Shown here: positions 20,804 to 30,711 of the stretch, piece after piece
Layout of the letters: every line of letters starts with the position of its first letter
Position numbering within the stretch: the first letter of the stretch is position 1
Source of the DNA: a virus
Reading direction: 5' to 3' (one strand)
Length of the DNA stretch: 64,000 bases
Virus record (IMG/VR): IMGVR_UViG_3300023179_000035
Location: 1 to 64,000 of that record
The notes under the pieces: model-generated
Told to the model about the DNA's origin: nothing
What the model saw: the letters and a program-made list of their open reading frames with translations, nothing else
Database searches by the model: none
Made by a program: the position numbers and the translations under genes

Positions 20804-21642
20804 GCGGCCACAACAAGCGAAGGAACAGCGCGTTAGTCTATGAGTTTCTGGTGAAGCACGTGGCCAAGTGCCTCGTGTCTGACGACAAGGCGTCGTCCAA
20901 CAGGGCCCTTAAGATACTGAAGAAGTACTACAGGCCCGGGACGGAGGTGTACAAGGAGTTTAGGCTGATAGACTCCCTGGCCCGGACTCACGTCAGCACC
21001 CAGGCCGTCGCCGCCTCCATCATGTCAGAGGCCAAGTCAGCGTCGCGTGGGGTCGACCCACGCAAGCTGGACGCCGAGAAGACGTCGATGCTACACGAGC
21101 TGAACAGGGCGATCAAGGACCCAGACTTTTACGAGCAGCCTGTGGCTGACTACAAGCTGCTCGCCACCCTGCAGTCCCTTGTCAACCACTGGCGTGGGTC
21201 GACCAGCCTAGACATAGGCAGGCTGGCAGAGTACGAGGACGTGGTCTTCGCGAACCTGGTAGAGGCCCCGCAGGAGAAGCAGCCGGGCGAGACGATCTCG
21301 GAGACGAAGGGGACGCGTCGCCTGCTGATGCGGGTGATGCTCAGAAAATTCAACGAGAAGTACCGGGGTAGCCTGACGGAGGACCAGCAAAAATTGTTGA
21401 AGGCCTACGTGGGATCCCCAGGAGACGGCGTGGTGGTCCACCACATGGCGCAGCTGAAGGAGAGCGTCATCAGGCTGCTCGACTCTGCTGTGCAGGACCC
21501 GTCCGCCACTGAGTACTCAAAGAAGAAGCTGTCTGAGGCCAGAGCAGCCGTGGCGGCAGAGACACCCGCCGTGACCGACGAGTGCTTTGTCAACTTTATG
21601 CTGTACGCTAAGCTCAAGTCTGAGCTGGAATCGGAGGGGTGA
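20800..21642 (+). CDS. Conserved head-module hypothetical protein
   Basis: HNKRRNS.LVYEFL N-terminus; lies between portal and protease with an ATGA overlap. Confidence 0.7.
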   Translation: MSGHNKRRNSALVYEFLVKHVAKCLVSDDKASSNRALKILKKYYRPGTEVYKEFRLIDSLARTHVSTQAVAASIMSEAKSASRGVDPRKLDAEKTSMLHELNRAIKDPDFYEQPVADYKLLATLQSLVNHWRGSTSLDIGRLAEYEDVVFANLVEAPQEKQPGETISETKGTRRLLMRVMLRKFNEKYRGSLTEDQQKLLKAYVGSPGDGVVVHHMAQLKESVIRLLDSAVQDPSATEYSKKKLSEARAAVAAETPAVTDECFVNFMLYAKLKSELESEG

Positions 21643-21643
21643 C

Positions 21644-22243
21644 ATGAGGCTATTAAGTTCATACGAGACGTTTGACTACACCCCGCAGGCCATCAAAGAG
21701 TCGCGGGACCAGAACGGCGGCAAGGTCCTCATGAAGGGGACGCTGCAGAAGGCAGAGACTCTCAACCAGAACGGCAGGGTCTACCCGCGGTCTGTCCTGG
21801 AGCGGGAGGTCCGCAACTACCAGAAGTTTATCATCGAGAACAGGGCACTGGGGGAGTGCGACCACCCTGACTCGTCTGTCGTCAACCTGAAGAACGTGTC
21901 CCACATCGTCAGGGAGGCTTACTTCAAGGACGACGTCGTCTACGGCACCATAGAGCTGCTGGACACTCCCAGCGGCAAGATACTGCAGTCGCTCGTGGAG
22001 AGCGGCGTCAAGCTGGGGATATCCTCACGCGGCGTCGGCTCTACCGCCAAGAAGGGGGACTACCAGGTCGTCCAAGACGACTTCCAGCTCATCTGTTGGG
22101 ATATGGTTTCGGAGCCTTCCACGCCGGGTGCATTTATGATGGCTGAGGGAAAAACCATTACTTCTGATGAATTAAGAAGGGTTTTTAACAAGCAGGATAG
22201 GATAGACAGGGTCCTCAATGATATTTTACACTCAAGAGTGTGA
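21644..22243 (+). CDS. Prohead protease (T4 gp21-like)
   Basis: NQNGRVYP, ALGECDHP, VSH, LDTPSG, GISSRGVGS, WDMVSEPSTPGA; GGAGGGG SD supports ATG 21644. Confidence 0.93.
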   Translation: MRLLSSYETFDYTPQAIKESRDQNGGKVLMKGTLQKAETLNQNGRVYPRSVLEREVRNYQKFIIENRALGECDHPDSSVVNLKNVSHIVREAYFKDDVVYGTIELLDTPSGKILQSLVESGVKLGISSRGVGSTAKKGDYQVVQDDFQLICWDMVSEPSTPGAFMMAEGKTITSDELRRVFNKQDRIDRVLNDILHSRV

Positions 22244-23233
22244 ATGACAGAGCCGACTGGGTCACTCAACTTTAAGAGTTTTAACTGCGCTACCTGTGGT
22301 GCCTCTTTTGCGAGGTATGTGCCCCCGTCTGACAAGAGCGGAACGAGGACATTCTGTTCTCGTTCCTGTCAGATGAAGGGGACTAGGGCGCTTGACTCAC
22401 GCGTCAAACAGTCTGGAAACGTCACTGCCTGCTGCGAGCTCTGCGGAAGTCAGTTCACCAAATACCACAAGGGCCACATGCCGCTGCCTAGATTCTGCAA
22501 CAGAAGCTGCGCAGCGAAGCACCTCTCCTCGTCTGGCAAGAACGGATTTGCTTCAGCGTCGCAGCTGCCACCTGAGACGCGTCAAAAGATAGCCGAGTCT
22601 CGTCGTCTATCGACTACGCGTAGGAACACGGGCAAGAGGCTCTCTGGTGAGACTCGAAAGAAAATATCAGAGTCCTGCATGGGCAAGTCTAACCCAATTA
22701 AGGGCAAGACATACTCAGAGTACTACGGCGAGGAGAGGGCGACTGAGCTCGCGGAATCACACTCACGTAAGCTAAAAGAAGGATTTAAGGCCGGCAGGAT
22801 AAAGCCGACAGCTAGGACATCGTCTGCTCCTACGTACAAGGGAGTTAAGCTGAGGTCAATGCTAGAGCAGAGCGCCATACAGCTTTTAGAGTCATACGGC
22901 CGCCGGCTTGGCGAAGATATCTTTTATGAAGACGAGAGGACGAGGGTCGAGTGGGTTGGACACGACGGGGCTAGCCACACTTACACCCCTGACATCTACG
23001 ATAGCGTCTCAGGGATCGTGTACGAGGTCAAGCCCGCCTGGCTTGTCAGGAAGCCTACTAGAGAGATGGTCTTAAAAGAAGAGTCAGCCATCCAGCAGCT
23101 GCGCCTTAGGGGCATGACGTTTAGTTACATGACATCAGATGACATTTTATGCGGCGGTCTGAGACATGGGCAGCTACATATTACAGGTGACGCCACGGGG
23201 GTATCATACGCCGATGAAACTAACAAAGTCTGA
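22244..23233 (+). mobile_element. Free-standing homing endonuclease (zinc fingers, NUMOD-like repeats, TnsA-like PD-(D/E)XK domain)
   Basis: Two CxxC...FCSRSC-type fingers; ETRKKISES; LRSMLE...YTPD...YEVKP. Confidence 0.8.
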
Positions 23234-23591
23234 CCTGAAAGCTGTCGTAAAGGAGTGCCTCGTGGAGCTGCTGTCGGAGGGCATCGGCGGCGTGCAACAG
23301 GCGAAGCCCACACAAAAACAGCCTCAGCGTGTCCTGCAGGCTGAGGCACGTAGTGGCCCTCCAGCTGTCAAGAGGCCCAGCACTGGAAACTCAATATTTG
23401 ACGACATACTAGCAGATACGGCGCGGACCACCCTGCCTAACATGCTGAAAGCCGAGGCCTCAAAGTCGATGCCCACTGTAGGAAGGGTAGAGACGCTTGT
23501 GGAGTCGTCCACACCGCAGGAGCTGTTCGGTGACGAGGCAGCCTCAAAGTGGGCGGCCCTCGCCTTCGCGGCTCCTACAAAGAACACATAA
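23214..23591 (+). CDS. Hypothetical head-module protein with MKLTKSDLKAVVKE leader
   Basis: Start ATG 23214 preferred; shared leader motif; TATCAT ends 6 nt upstream. Confidence 0.65.
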   Translation: MKLTKSDLKAVVKECLVELLSEGIGGVQQAKPTQKQPQRVLQAEARSGPPAVKRPSTGNSIFDDILADTARTTLPNMLKAEASKSMPTVGRVETLVESSTPQELFGDEAASKWAALAFAAPTKNT

Positions 23592-23636
23592 ACTTTTTGT
23601 CGGGTATACATACTTAGGAAACAACGAGGTATTGGT

Positions 23637-23876
23637 ATGAAGCTAACTCCATCAGTTCTGCGCAAGCTTGTCCTAGAAGAGGTCGCTAAGTTGAAGTCAG
23701 AGAAGCTCAAGTCAGGCGCTGCCAAGGAGGTAGATGCTGACGAGTTTGCTGACTCGCTGGAGCACCAGGTCAACGCCCTCAAGGCGTTCGGTATCAAAGA
23801 GGCGAAGCTGACGAAGGAGCTCGCCCTTGTCAAGGAGCGCAAGGCCCGCCTCCTCAAGCGCCTCTCGGGTGCCTGA
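23637..23876 (+). CDS. Small protein with MKLTPSVLRKLVLEE leader
   Basis: ATACTTA motif at 23610, GAGG SD, coiled-coil character. Confidence 0.7.
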   Translation: MKLTPSVLRKLVLEEVAKLKSEKLKSGAAKEVDADEFADSLEHQVNALKAFGIKEAKLTKELALVKERKARLLKRLSGA

Positions 23877-23888
23877 TAGGAGGACTCT

Positions 23889-24443
23889 ATGCCAGGACAA
23901 GGCAAGTATTCAAACTATTCTGACACCCTGGGAGGCGAGGACAAGGCCCGCGTCGGCTTCCTCGGTAAGCTGTTCTCAGGCGGGCCGAGCATGGCCAAGC
24001 CAGATGTGATAGCCAGGGCCAAGGCGTTTCTCGTACCGGCAAGCCAGCGCCCACCTGACGCTGTAGCGTGGGGAACTGAGGCGGTAGACATGTCGTACGT
24101 AGGCTCTCCTGACATATCAAAGGTAGGCTGGTCGAAACCCGGCGACCCATCTACACCATACACGCCAGACGTTAGGTCCCCTGGGTCAGCTGTGCCACAA
24201 GAACTGCTCGGCAGCACAGACACGACATCAATCTCGACCAACGTGTCTCCAAAGGACGTCAACCCAGACGTGTCATATGCTGCATTTAAGCCCAACTACG
24301 TGGCCGGCGTCGTCGGCGGCGGGACCAGGTCACCGGCCGAGGCGGCCACCTTCGTCAAGGGCCAAGGCTCTAACCTAGGCAAATCTCTGCCTGAGAGCGA
24401 CGTCGTCGGCAAGGGCGCAGGCGGAGAGATCTACAAATCATAA
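23889..24443 (+). CDS. Hypothetical Pro/Gly-rich protein
   Basis: GGAGG SD; 184-aa ORF within the head operon. Confidence 0.65.
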   Translation: MPGQGKYSNYSDTLGGEDKARVGFLGKLFSGGPSMAKPDVIARAKAFLVPASQRPPDAVAWGTEAVDMSYVGSPDISKVGWSKPGDPSTPYTPDVRSPGSAVPQELLGSTDTTSISTNVSPKDVNPDVSYAAFKPNYVAGVVGGGTRSPAEAATFVKGQGSNLGKSLPESDVVGKGAGGEIYKS

Positions 24444-24455
24444 GCGAGAACTCAG

Positions 24456-26375
24456 ATGAGCAAGCACCTATACGAAGAGGCATTGGTCGAGGTACGGCAG
24501 CTGCGACAGCTGGCCGAAGACAACGCGCGTCGAGCTGTCATGGAGGAGCTTGAGCCCAAGATAAAGCAGCTCATCGAGAAGCAGCTGTTAGAGGTCGACA
24601 ATGTGACAGAGGAAGACGAGCCTGCTGCCACCTCTCCCACCTCTCCCACCTCTAAAGAGACCCCTGGCCCAGAGGGTGGAGACGAGGAGCGCGATGACGA
24701 CGACCTCGAGGAGAACGTCCTGCCCCTCGGTGAGGGTTCTGCTGCCCTGCTCGTCAAGATGATCGGCGGTAGCAAGTCGTCAGACCCTGCGAGGTACCAC
24801 GACGTCGTTCGCTTCGTCAAGTCGACTGTCGACGAGGCGGCCGGTAGGGAGCTCGTCACCCTAGAGGAGGTCGTCAAGGGCGCCTACGTCGTGGCCCTCA
24901 ACACGCTGCCGGCCGGCGCGTCCCGCTCGAGGGTAGAGGATAGGCTGGACGAATGCTACAAGATGGTCCAAGAGGCGGCGTCGCGGTCCGTCGCTGACAA
25001 GCGGCGCCTCAAGGAGGCCTCGCTCAATATCAAGATCAGCGGCTTTAAAGAGGAGGCTGTCGACGAGGACACCCTGTCAGGCCTCAGTATCGTCATAGTC
25101 CCGGAGTCTGAGGCGCCTGATTCTGGCGAGGGGGAGGAAGCTGCGGAGCCCGCCGCCGAGAAGCCAGAAGAGGCAGAGGCGGTCCCCGGCGACGACGAAG
25201 AGCTTGACCTAGGTGACCTAGGTGCAGGAGAGCCTGCCGGCGAGGAAGAAAAGCCGGAACAACCAGTAAAGAAAGAGGGAAAGAACATGAATCAGTTTGC
25301 AATGCTCAGTGACGACACTGTCGTCGAGATAGACGAGGGCATGCTGCGTCGTGAGATTGCACGCATGAAGGCCCTCCGCGAGGCCAAGGAGGGCGGCATG
25401 CCCAAGCACAACCCCAAGGGCCACGGCGCCGCCTCCGCAGTGCACCACTTTGGTGGTGGCAAGAGCGTCGGCGAGCCCTTCGAGGACGGCGAGTCGCTCT
25501 TCGACGACGACGACCTGATGGAGTCCTGGATGAAGGACGAGGCAGACGGCCCGGCGACGCCAATGAACCCCGCCAAGAAGGATGACGACGACGATGACCT
25601 CGATGAAGTCGTCGCCGAGCTCATGGCCAACGAGGATGAAGACCTCGACGAGATGGGCCCACACGTGGACGAGGAGGTCGACGAGACCGCTGGTCCAATG
25701 GACGAGGACGACGACCTCGATGAAGCAAAGCCTTCTCATGGCGAGGATCCGTCAATGCCAACCCACAGCGCGCAGGGCGTTAACCCAGGCACCAGCACGA
25801 TGACACAGCAGAATGAGTCGCGCCGCCGCCTCGCTGCCCTTGTCGAAGCCAGGAAGAGTGCGGCCCGCAGGGCCGCCGCTGCCAAGAGGAAGGCAGCCAT
25901 GGCCAAGAAGAAGGGCGACAAGAAGAGTTTCACGGAGGCCCGCAGGGTCTTCGTGGAGTCGGTCAAGGTCTACCACAGGGCCAACGCGGCCATCACGGCC
26001 CTGACCGAGTCCACCCGCCGCTCGAATAGCGGCGCCAGGGAGGTCCAGGACCTCCGCAACCAGTTGGCAGAGACCAATCTGTTCAACGCCAAGCTCCTCT
26101 ACACCAATAAGCTGCTGCAGAACGAGGCCCTGTCGCCCCGTCAGAAGGTCGCCATCATCGAGAAGCTCGATGAGGCCCGCAGCCTACGTGAGGCAAAGCT
26201 TGTCTACGAGAGCCTGACACGCACCATCGCGTCGGGCAAGGCTAGCGTCAATGAGGGCGCTAACCGTCAGGTGCTAGGCTCGGCGTCGCGTGCGACCCGC
26301 CCCTCAAGCACCGTGTCGCTCAACGAGGGTGTTGAGACCGCTCGCTGGGCCAGGCTCGCCGGCATCACCAAGTGA
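24456..26375 (+). CDS. Prohead scaffold/core protein
   Basis: Highly acidic coiled-coil protein directly upstream of the capsid gene; LAETNLFNAKLLYTNKLL; many L-x-E sites; C-terminal RWARLAGI. Confidence 0.8.
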   Translation: MSKHLYEEALVEVRQLRQLAEDNARRAVMEELEPKIKQLIEKQLLEVDNVTEEDEPAATSPTSPTSKETPGPEGGDEERDDDDLEENVLPLGEGSAALLVKMIGGSKSSDPARYHDVVRFVKSTVDEAAGRELVTLEEVVKGAYVVALNTLPAGASRSRVEDRLDECYKMVQEAASRSVADKRRLKEASLNIKISGFKEEAVDEDTLSGLSIVIVPESEAPDSGEGEEAAEPAAEKPEEAEAVPGDDEELDLGDLGAGEPAGEEEKPEQPVKKEGKNMNQFAMLSDDTVVEIDEGMLRREIARMKALREAKEGGMPKHNPKGHGAASAVHHFGGGKSVGEPFEDGESLFDDDDLMESWMKDEADGPATPMNPAKKDDDDDDLDEVVAELMANEDEDLDEMGPHVDEEVDETAGPMDEDDDLDEAKPSHGEDPSMPTHSAQGVNPGTSTMTQQNESRRRLAALVEARKSAARRAAAAKRKAAMAKKKGDKKSFTEARRVFVESVKVYHRANAAITALTESTRRSNSGAREVQDLRNQLAETNLFNAKLLYTNKLLQNEALSPRQKVAIIEKLDEARSLREAKLVYESLTRTIASGKASVNEGANRQVLGSASRATRPSSTVSLNEGVETARWARLAGITK

Positions 26376-26420
26376 CGGCACAGACCACAGAGACAACCAA
26401 CTGTTACGGAGAAGAAGAAC

Positions 26421-28313
26421 ATGAAGTCATTCACACTTGAGTCATTAACTGAGGGCATCCGCGAGCGCCACGTCGGCGCAGAGCGTTCGCGCCTCATTGA
26501 GAAGTGGAGCCGCACAGGGCTCCTCCGCGGCCTTGACGGTGTCAAGCGCGAGACCATGGCCCAGCTCCTGGAGAACCAGGCGGCTGAGGTCCTGAAGGAG
26601 AGTAACGGCCTCTCAACCGGTGGCGGTTCGGTCAGCACCTCGGGGCAGCTCCAGGGCTTCACCAACATCGCCTTCCCGATCGTCCGCAGGGTCTTCGGTG
26701 GCCTCGTGGCCAACGAGCTCGTGTCGATCCAGCCAATGAGCCTCCCGTCGGGCCTCATCTTCTACATCGACTACACCTACGGCTCCAACGTCGGTGGGGC
26801 TGCCGGCCTGGGCCTCAACCCACTCGCCGCTAACTCCACCTACACCAAGGGCGCTTCGATCTACAACAACCCAACCGGCAAGGGTGTCCAGTCAGGATCG
26901 CTCGCTGCCGGCGGTATGTACGACCTCGTCGGCACGGGCTTCAGCAAGGTCCACAGCGGCTCAGCCAGCGTGGACGCCACCAACGCCCTGTCGGGTTCGT
27001 TCACGCTAGGCACCACTGTCCTGACCCCCAACGGCTCGTCTGTCTCGTCGCTGACCGCGTTCTCGGCCTCCAACGCCAAGTTCGCCGGCTTCGACCCACA
27101 GATCGCCTCGGCCCTGGACGACGGCTCCCTGGCCGGCTTCAGCTTCCTCCTCGTCCCTGTGGCGGCCATCACCGGCTCCATCGCCAAGGCGGACGTGGCG
27201 GCTGTCGACCAGATCGCCCTCTTCGGCACCGACCAGGGCTCGACCCTGACGGCCTGGAACGACAAGTACCAGGGTGGCACGGGGGTCCTCAACCTCCGCC
27301 GCCTCAACAAGCGCGTCGACGTCAACGGCTCCAATGTCGTGACCCCCAACCCGCTCAATGGCCAGTACGTCCTGATGGTCGTCAAGGGCACCTTCTCGGG
27401 CGCCGCCGCGACGACGCTCAACATCACGGCCACCCTGTCGGACGCCCTCGACGCTTCCTTCGGAACAGGCGCCACCCTGACGGTCCCCTCCTTCGAGTCG
27501 GACTTCTCGACGACCCCGTCGCCGGCCATCCCGGAGATCGACATCAAGATCGAGTCGATCGCCATCACGGCCACCACACGCAAGCTCAGGGCCCGCTGGA
27601 GCCCAGAGCTCGCACAGGACCTCAACGCTTACCACAGCCTCGACGCTGAGGTGGAGCTGACGAGCATCCTGTCGGAGCAGATCGCCCTGGAGATCGACCG
27701 CGAGATCCTCAACGACCTCCTGGCCTCGGCCAACGGCGCCAACCTCTACTGGTCGCGCGCCCCGGGTCACTTCGTCAACAAGGAGACGGGCACCCCCCTC
27801 ACCCTGTCGTCGACCCTGTCGATCGGACCGCAGTTCACCGGTACGGTCCGCGAGTGGTACGAGACCCTCGTCGAGACAGTCATCGACGTGGCCAACACCA
27901 TCCACCGCAAGACCCTCCGCGGCTCGGCCAACTTCATGGTCACCAGCCCGGACGTCGCCACCATCCTCGAGTCCTCGGTCCTCTACAAGCCGAAGTACTC
28001 GATCGACGGCGAGGGACAGGTCGGTTCGCCCTTCACCATCGGTGCAGAGCAGATCGGCACCCTGTCGAACCGCTTCACTGTCTACAAGGACCCCTACTTC
28101 GTTAGGAACAAGATCCTCGTCGGCTACAAGGGCGGCAGCTACCTCGAGACCGGCTACGTCTACGCTCCATACGTGCCACTCATCGTGACACCGACGATAT
28201 TCGCTCCCGAAGACTTTACGCCTCGTAAAGGAGTCATGACCCGCTACGGCAAGAAGGTAATTCGTAGCGACTTCTACGGTACCGTCACCGTGCTCGACCT
28301 AACAACAATATAA
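26421..28313 (+). CDS. Major capsid protein (T4 gp23-like)
   Basis: LLENQ, FPIVRRVF, VSIQPMSLPSGLIFY, RKLRARWSPELAQDLNAYH, EIDREIL, YAPYVPL, PRKGVMTRY; strongly biased codon usage. Confidence 0.96.
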   Translation: MKSFTLESLTEGIRERHVGAERSRLIEKWSRTGLLRGLDGVKRETMAQLLENQAAEVLKESNGLSTGGGSVSTSGQLQGFTNIAFPIVRRVFGGLVANELVSIQPMSLPSGLIFYIDYTYGSNVGGAAGLGLNPLAANSTYTKGASIYNNPTGKGVQSGSLAAGGMYDLVGTGFSKVHSGSASVDATNALSGSFTLGTTVLTPNGSSVSSLTAFSASNAKFAGFDPQIASALDDGSLAGFSFLLVPVAAITGSIAKADVAAVDQIALFGTDQGSTLTAWNDKYQGGTGVLNLRRLNKRVDVNGSNVVTPNPLNGQYVLMVVKGTFSGAAATTLNITATLSDALDASFGTGATLTVPSFESDFSTTPSPAIPEIDIKIESIAITATTRKLRARWSPELAQDLNAYHSLDAEVELTSILSEQIALEIDREILNDLLASANGANLYWSRAPGHFVNKETGTPLTLSSTLSIGPQFTGTVREWYETLVETVIDVANTIHRKTLRGSANFMVTSPDVATILESSVLYKPKYSIDGEGQVGSPFTIGAEQIGTLSNRFTVYKDPYFVRNKILVGYKGGSYLETGYVYAPYVPLIVTPTIFAPEDFTPRKGVMTRYGKKVIRSDFYGTVTVLDLTTI

Positions 28314-28339
28314 CAAAAACAACCACTTAAAAGGTGGTG

Positions 28340-28379
28340 AAAGGGAGGAGATCGAAAGGTCTCCTCCCTTTTTATTTTT
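28340..28379 (+). terminator. Intrinsic terminator after the capsid gene
   Basis: AAGGGAGGAGATC-GAAA-GGTCTCCTCCCTT followed by a T tract. Confidence 0.9.
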
Positions 28380-28416
28380 CTGAATACCTATAGCCATAAA
28401 AGGGTATAATGACTTT

Positions 28417-29880
28417 ATGGCATACGGAACTAACAAATCATGTTTATGCCTCATATGTGACGAACAATTTGATCACATGAAGAAGCTGTCAGAACACATC
28501 AAGAAAATTCACAACCTATCACCGCAGGAATACTACACCAAGTACTTCAATAATAATCTGAGGCCATCCTGCCTCATCTGCGGTGGTGAAACGAGGTACG
28601 TCAGCCTCAGCGAGGGATTCAAAAAATACTGCGCATCGGATGCCAAAGTGGCAGCTTCAATGCTTGGTAGTGCTGGCGGTAAAATTAAAAAAACGTGGAA
28701 CAAGGGAAAGACGAAAGAGGACGACGCTAGGATCCTTGAACAGTCCAAGAAAATGTCTGGGGAGGGAAATCCGTTCTACGGCAAGAAACACTTGCCTGAA
28801 TCAATTAAGCGAAATGCCGATGCGCATAGGTTAAAATTTGATGAAGTAATTGGCAGAGTATCCAGAGAAGTTTCAAGCGTTTCTGTTGTCTCTGGCTGGA
28901 AGAGCTACGAAAGCCAAAATTCTCTCCTCCGCGTTGCATGCAAGAAGTGTTTGCTTGAAGACGACGTGTCGTTTTTCAATTTAATGAGATGCTGGAGATG
29001 CAAGAATTGTGATCCTATTGGATCAAGGCAACAGCTCGACATCTCGAATTACGTTAAGTCTTTTGGTTTTATCGTTGAAGACTCAACAAAGAAAGTTATC
29101 CCTCCCCTCGAGCTGGACGTCTGGATTCCGGAGAAGATGGTTGCTATAGAATATCACGGCCTTTACTGGCACTCAGGAGGGAGAGAATCGACGTTCGACA
29201 AGCGACGTCATAGAAAAAAGTACGAAGCTTGCGCCGCAGCTGGCATTAAACTCATACAAATTTTTTCTGATGAGTGGCGTGACAAAGAGGACATCTGCAA
29301 GTCGATTATAAAGAATGCGCTAGGCAAGAATGACGTAAAGTTGAATGCTAGAGATTGCGTAGTTGAAGATGTTGATGTCACGACAGCACAAAAATTTCTT
29401 AACGACACACACATCTCCGGCTACACGAGGTGCAAGCATAAGTTTGGGCTATTCCATAAGACGCATGGCCTTGTAGGAATTGCGACCACTAGAACACCGA
29501 TCCAAGGAAGATGGGGAAGGTTATCTGAGCTGGCCAGAATGTCATTTGCTAGCGGAGTTTCTGTCCGCGGGGGTGCATCAAAGTTACTCGAAAAGGTAAA
29601 GTCCCAAGCGGTTGTAGAAGGTTTCGAAGGAGTCCTATCCTACGCAGATCTTCGATTCGGCAATGGTGCTGTCTACGAAAAGTGCGGTCTAAAGTATATT
29701 GGAGAATCTACGATTAATTACTGGTACACTGATGGCCATAAACGATTTGACAGATTTGCATTCAAAGCGCAGCCTGGAAAATCTGAGAAGCTGGTGGCAG
29801 ATGAGGCTGGCGTTCGAGCCGTGTGGGGATCAGGTAATAAAATCTACGCGTGGAAACATGATCCTTCAATCTTTCTTTAG
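28417..29880 (+). mobile_element. Hef-like endonuclease (zinc finger, NUMOD3, Vsr/DUF559-like nuclease) with C-terminal Mom-like GNAT domain; copy 1
   Basis: CLIC..H..H; GEGNPFYGKKH; ELDVWIPEKMVAIEYHGLYWH...IFSDEW; ELARM...SYADLRFGNGAVY; AT-rich relative to flanks. Confidence 0.8.
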
Positions 29881-29916
29881 AACTAAAAGTTAGGTGTTTA
29901 ATTGGAAACTTCTTCT

Positions 29917-30051
29917 GACGACCTAACCCTCAGGTACGACCGTTTCAAATTTAGGGCCCGGGACGGAAAGTCAGAGAAGCAAGTCGCGATGGACGCTGGC
30001 GTCTCACGGATCTGGGGCTGCGGCTCCTTAACTTTTCAATTTCATCTATAA
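29917..30051 (+). pseudogene. Orphan C-terminal remnant of another Hef-like gene
   Basis: Translates to DDLTLRYDRFKFRARDGKSEKQVAMDAGVSRIWGCGSLTFQFHL*, matching the C-termini of the three intact paralogues. Confidence 0.85.
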
Positions 30052-30119
30052 GATCTCTGCCACTCCGCGATACTTAGCTTCCAAGGGTGCAACACCCACA
30101 AAGGAAGAGGAGATGAGAC

Positions 30120-30596
30120 ATGCCAAGCACAGTAATTTCTAGCGTGGGTACAGTCGACTACGCTGCCGGTAGCGGCGTCACGGTGTCGCAGGACGTCACC
30201 TTTGGATCTGACGTGACTGTCAGCGGCTCTCTCTACTCCGAGCAGGGCGCACAGTTCACGGGCGGCATGATCGAAGTCAGCGGGTCACTGTACGTCAGCG
30301 GATCGTTTCAAGCTGCTGACGTCGTCGAAGTAAGTGGATCCCTGTACGTCAGCGGAGTTTTCTACGCCAGCAGCGAGTTGGCAGGCACAGCAACGCTGTC
30401 GGGAGGCCAGGCGACTGTCCTCAACAGCAGCGTCGCTTCAAACTCCATGATCTTCCTCACGAAGCAGCCGACTGTCTCGTTCGTCGGCGGCGTCGTGTCT
30501 GTCTACACGGTCGTGTCAGGCACGTCCTTTGACATCACGTCGTCTGCGGCCGCCGACACAGACAAGGTAGCTTGGTTCATCGTCAACCCATCGTAA
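30120..30596 (+). CDS. Putative virion fibre or decoration protein with VSGSLY repeats
   Basis: Repeated (E/T)VSGSLY; GTATLSGG..TV C-terminal domain; ATACTTA motif and GGAG SD. Confidence 0.65.
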   Translation: MPSTVISSVGTVDYAAGSGVTVSQDVTFGSDVTVSGSLYSEQGAQFTGGMIEVSGSLYVSGSFQAADVVEVSGSLYVSGVFYASSELAGTATLSGGQATVLNSSVASNSMIFLTKQPTVSFVGGVVSVYTVVSGTSFDITSSAAADTDKVAWFIVNPS

Positions 30597-30711
30597 CGAT
30601 GCCTCGGTAGAGGTGCTAGAGGCCAAAGCAGCCAGGGCTGTGGGCTGCCTAATATTCTAAAAAGAAGAACCAAGAGCAGGATACTTACCGCTATCCAAGG
30701 GAGACACACGC

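Noticed and set aside
24628-24653. CCACCTCTC tandem repeat
   Set aside because: A short in-frame repeat encoding TSPTSPTS in a disordered scaffold linker.
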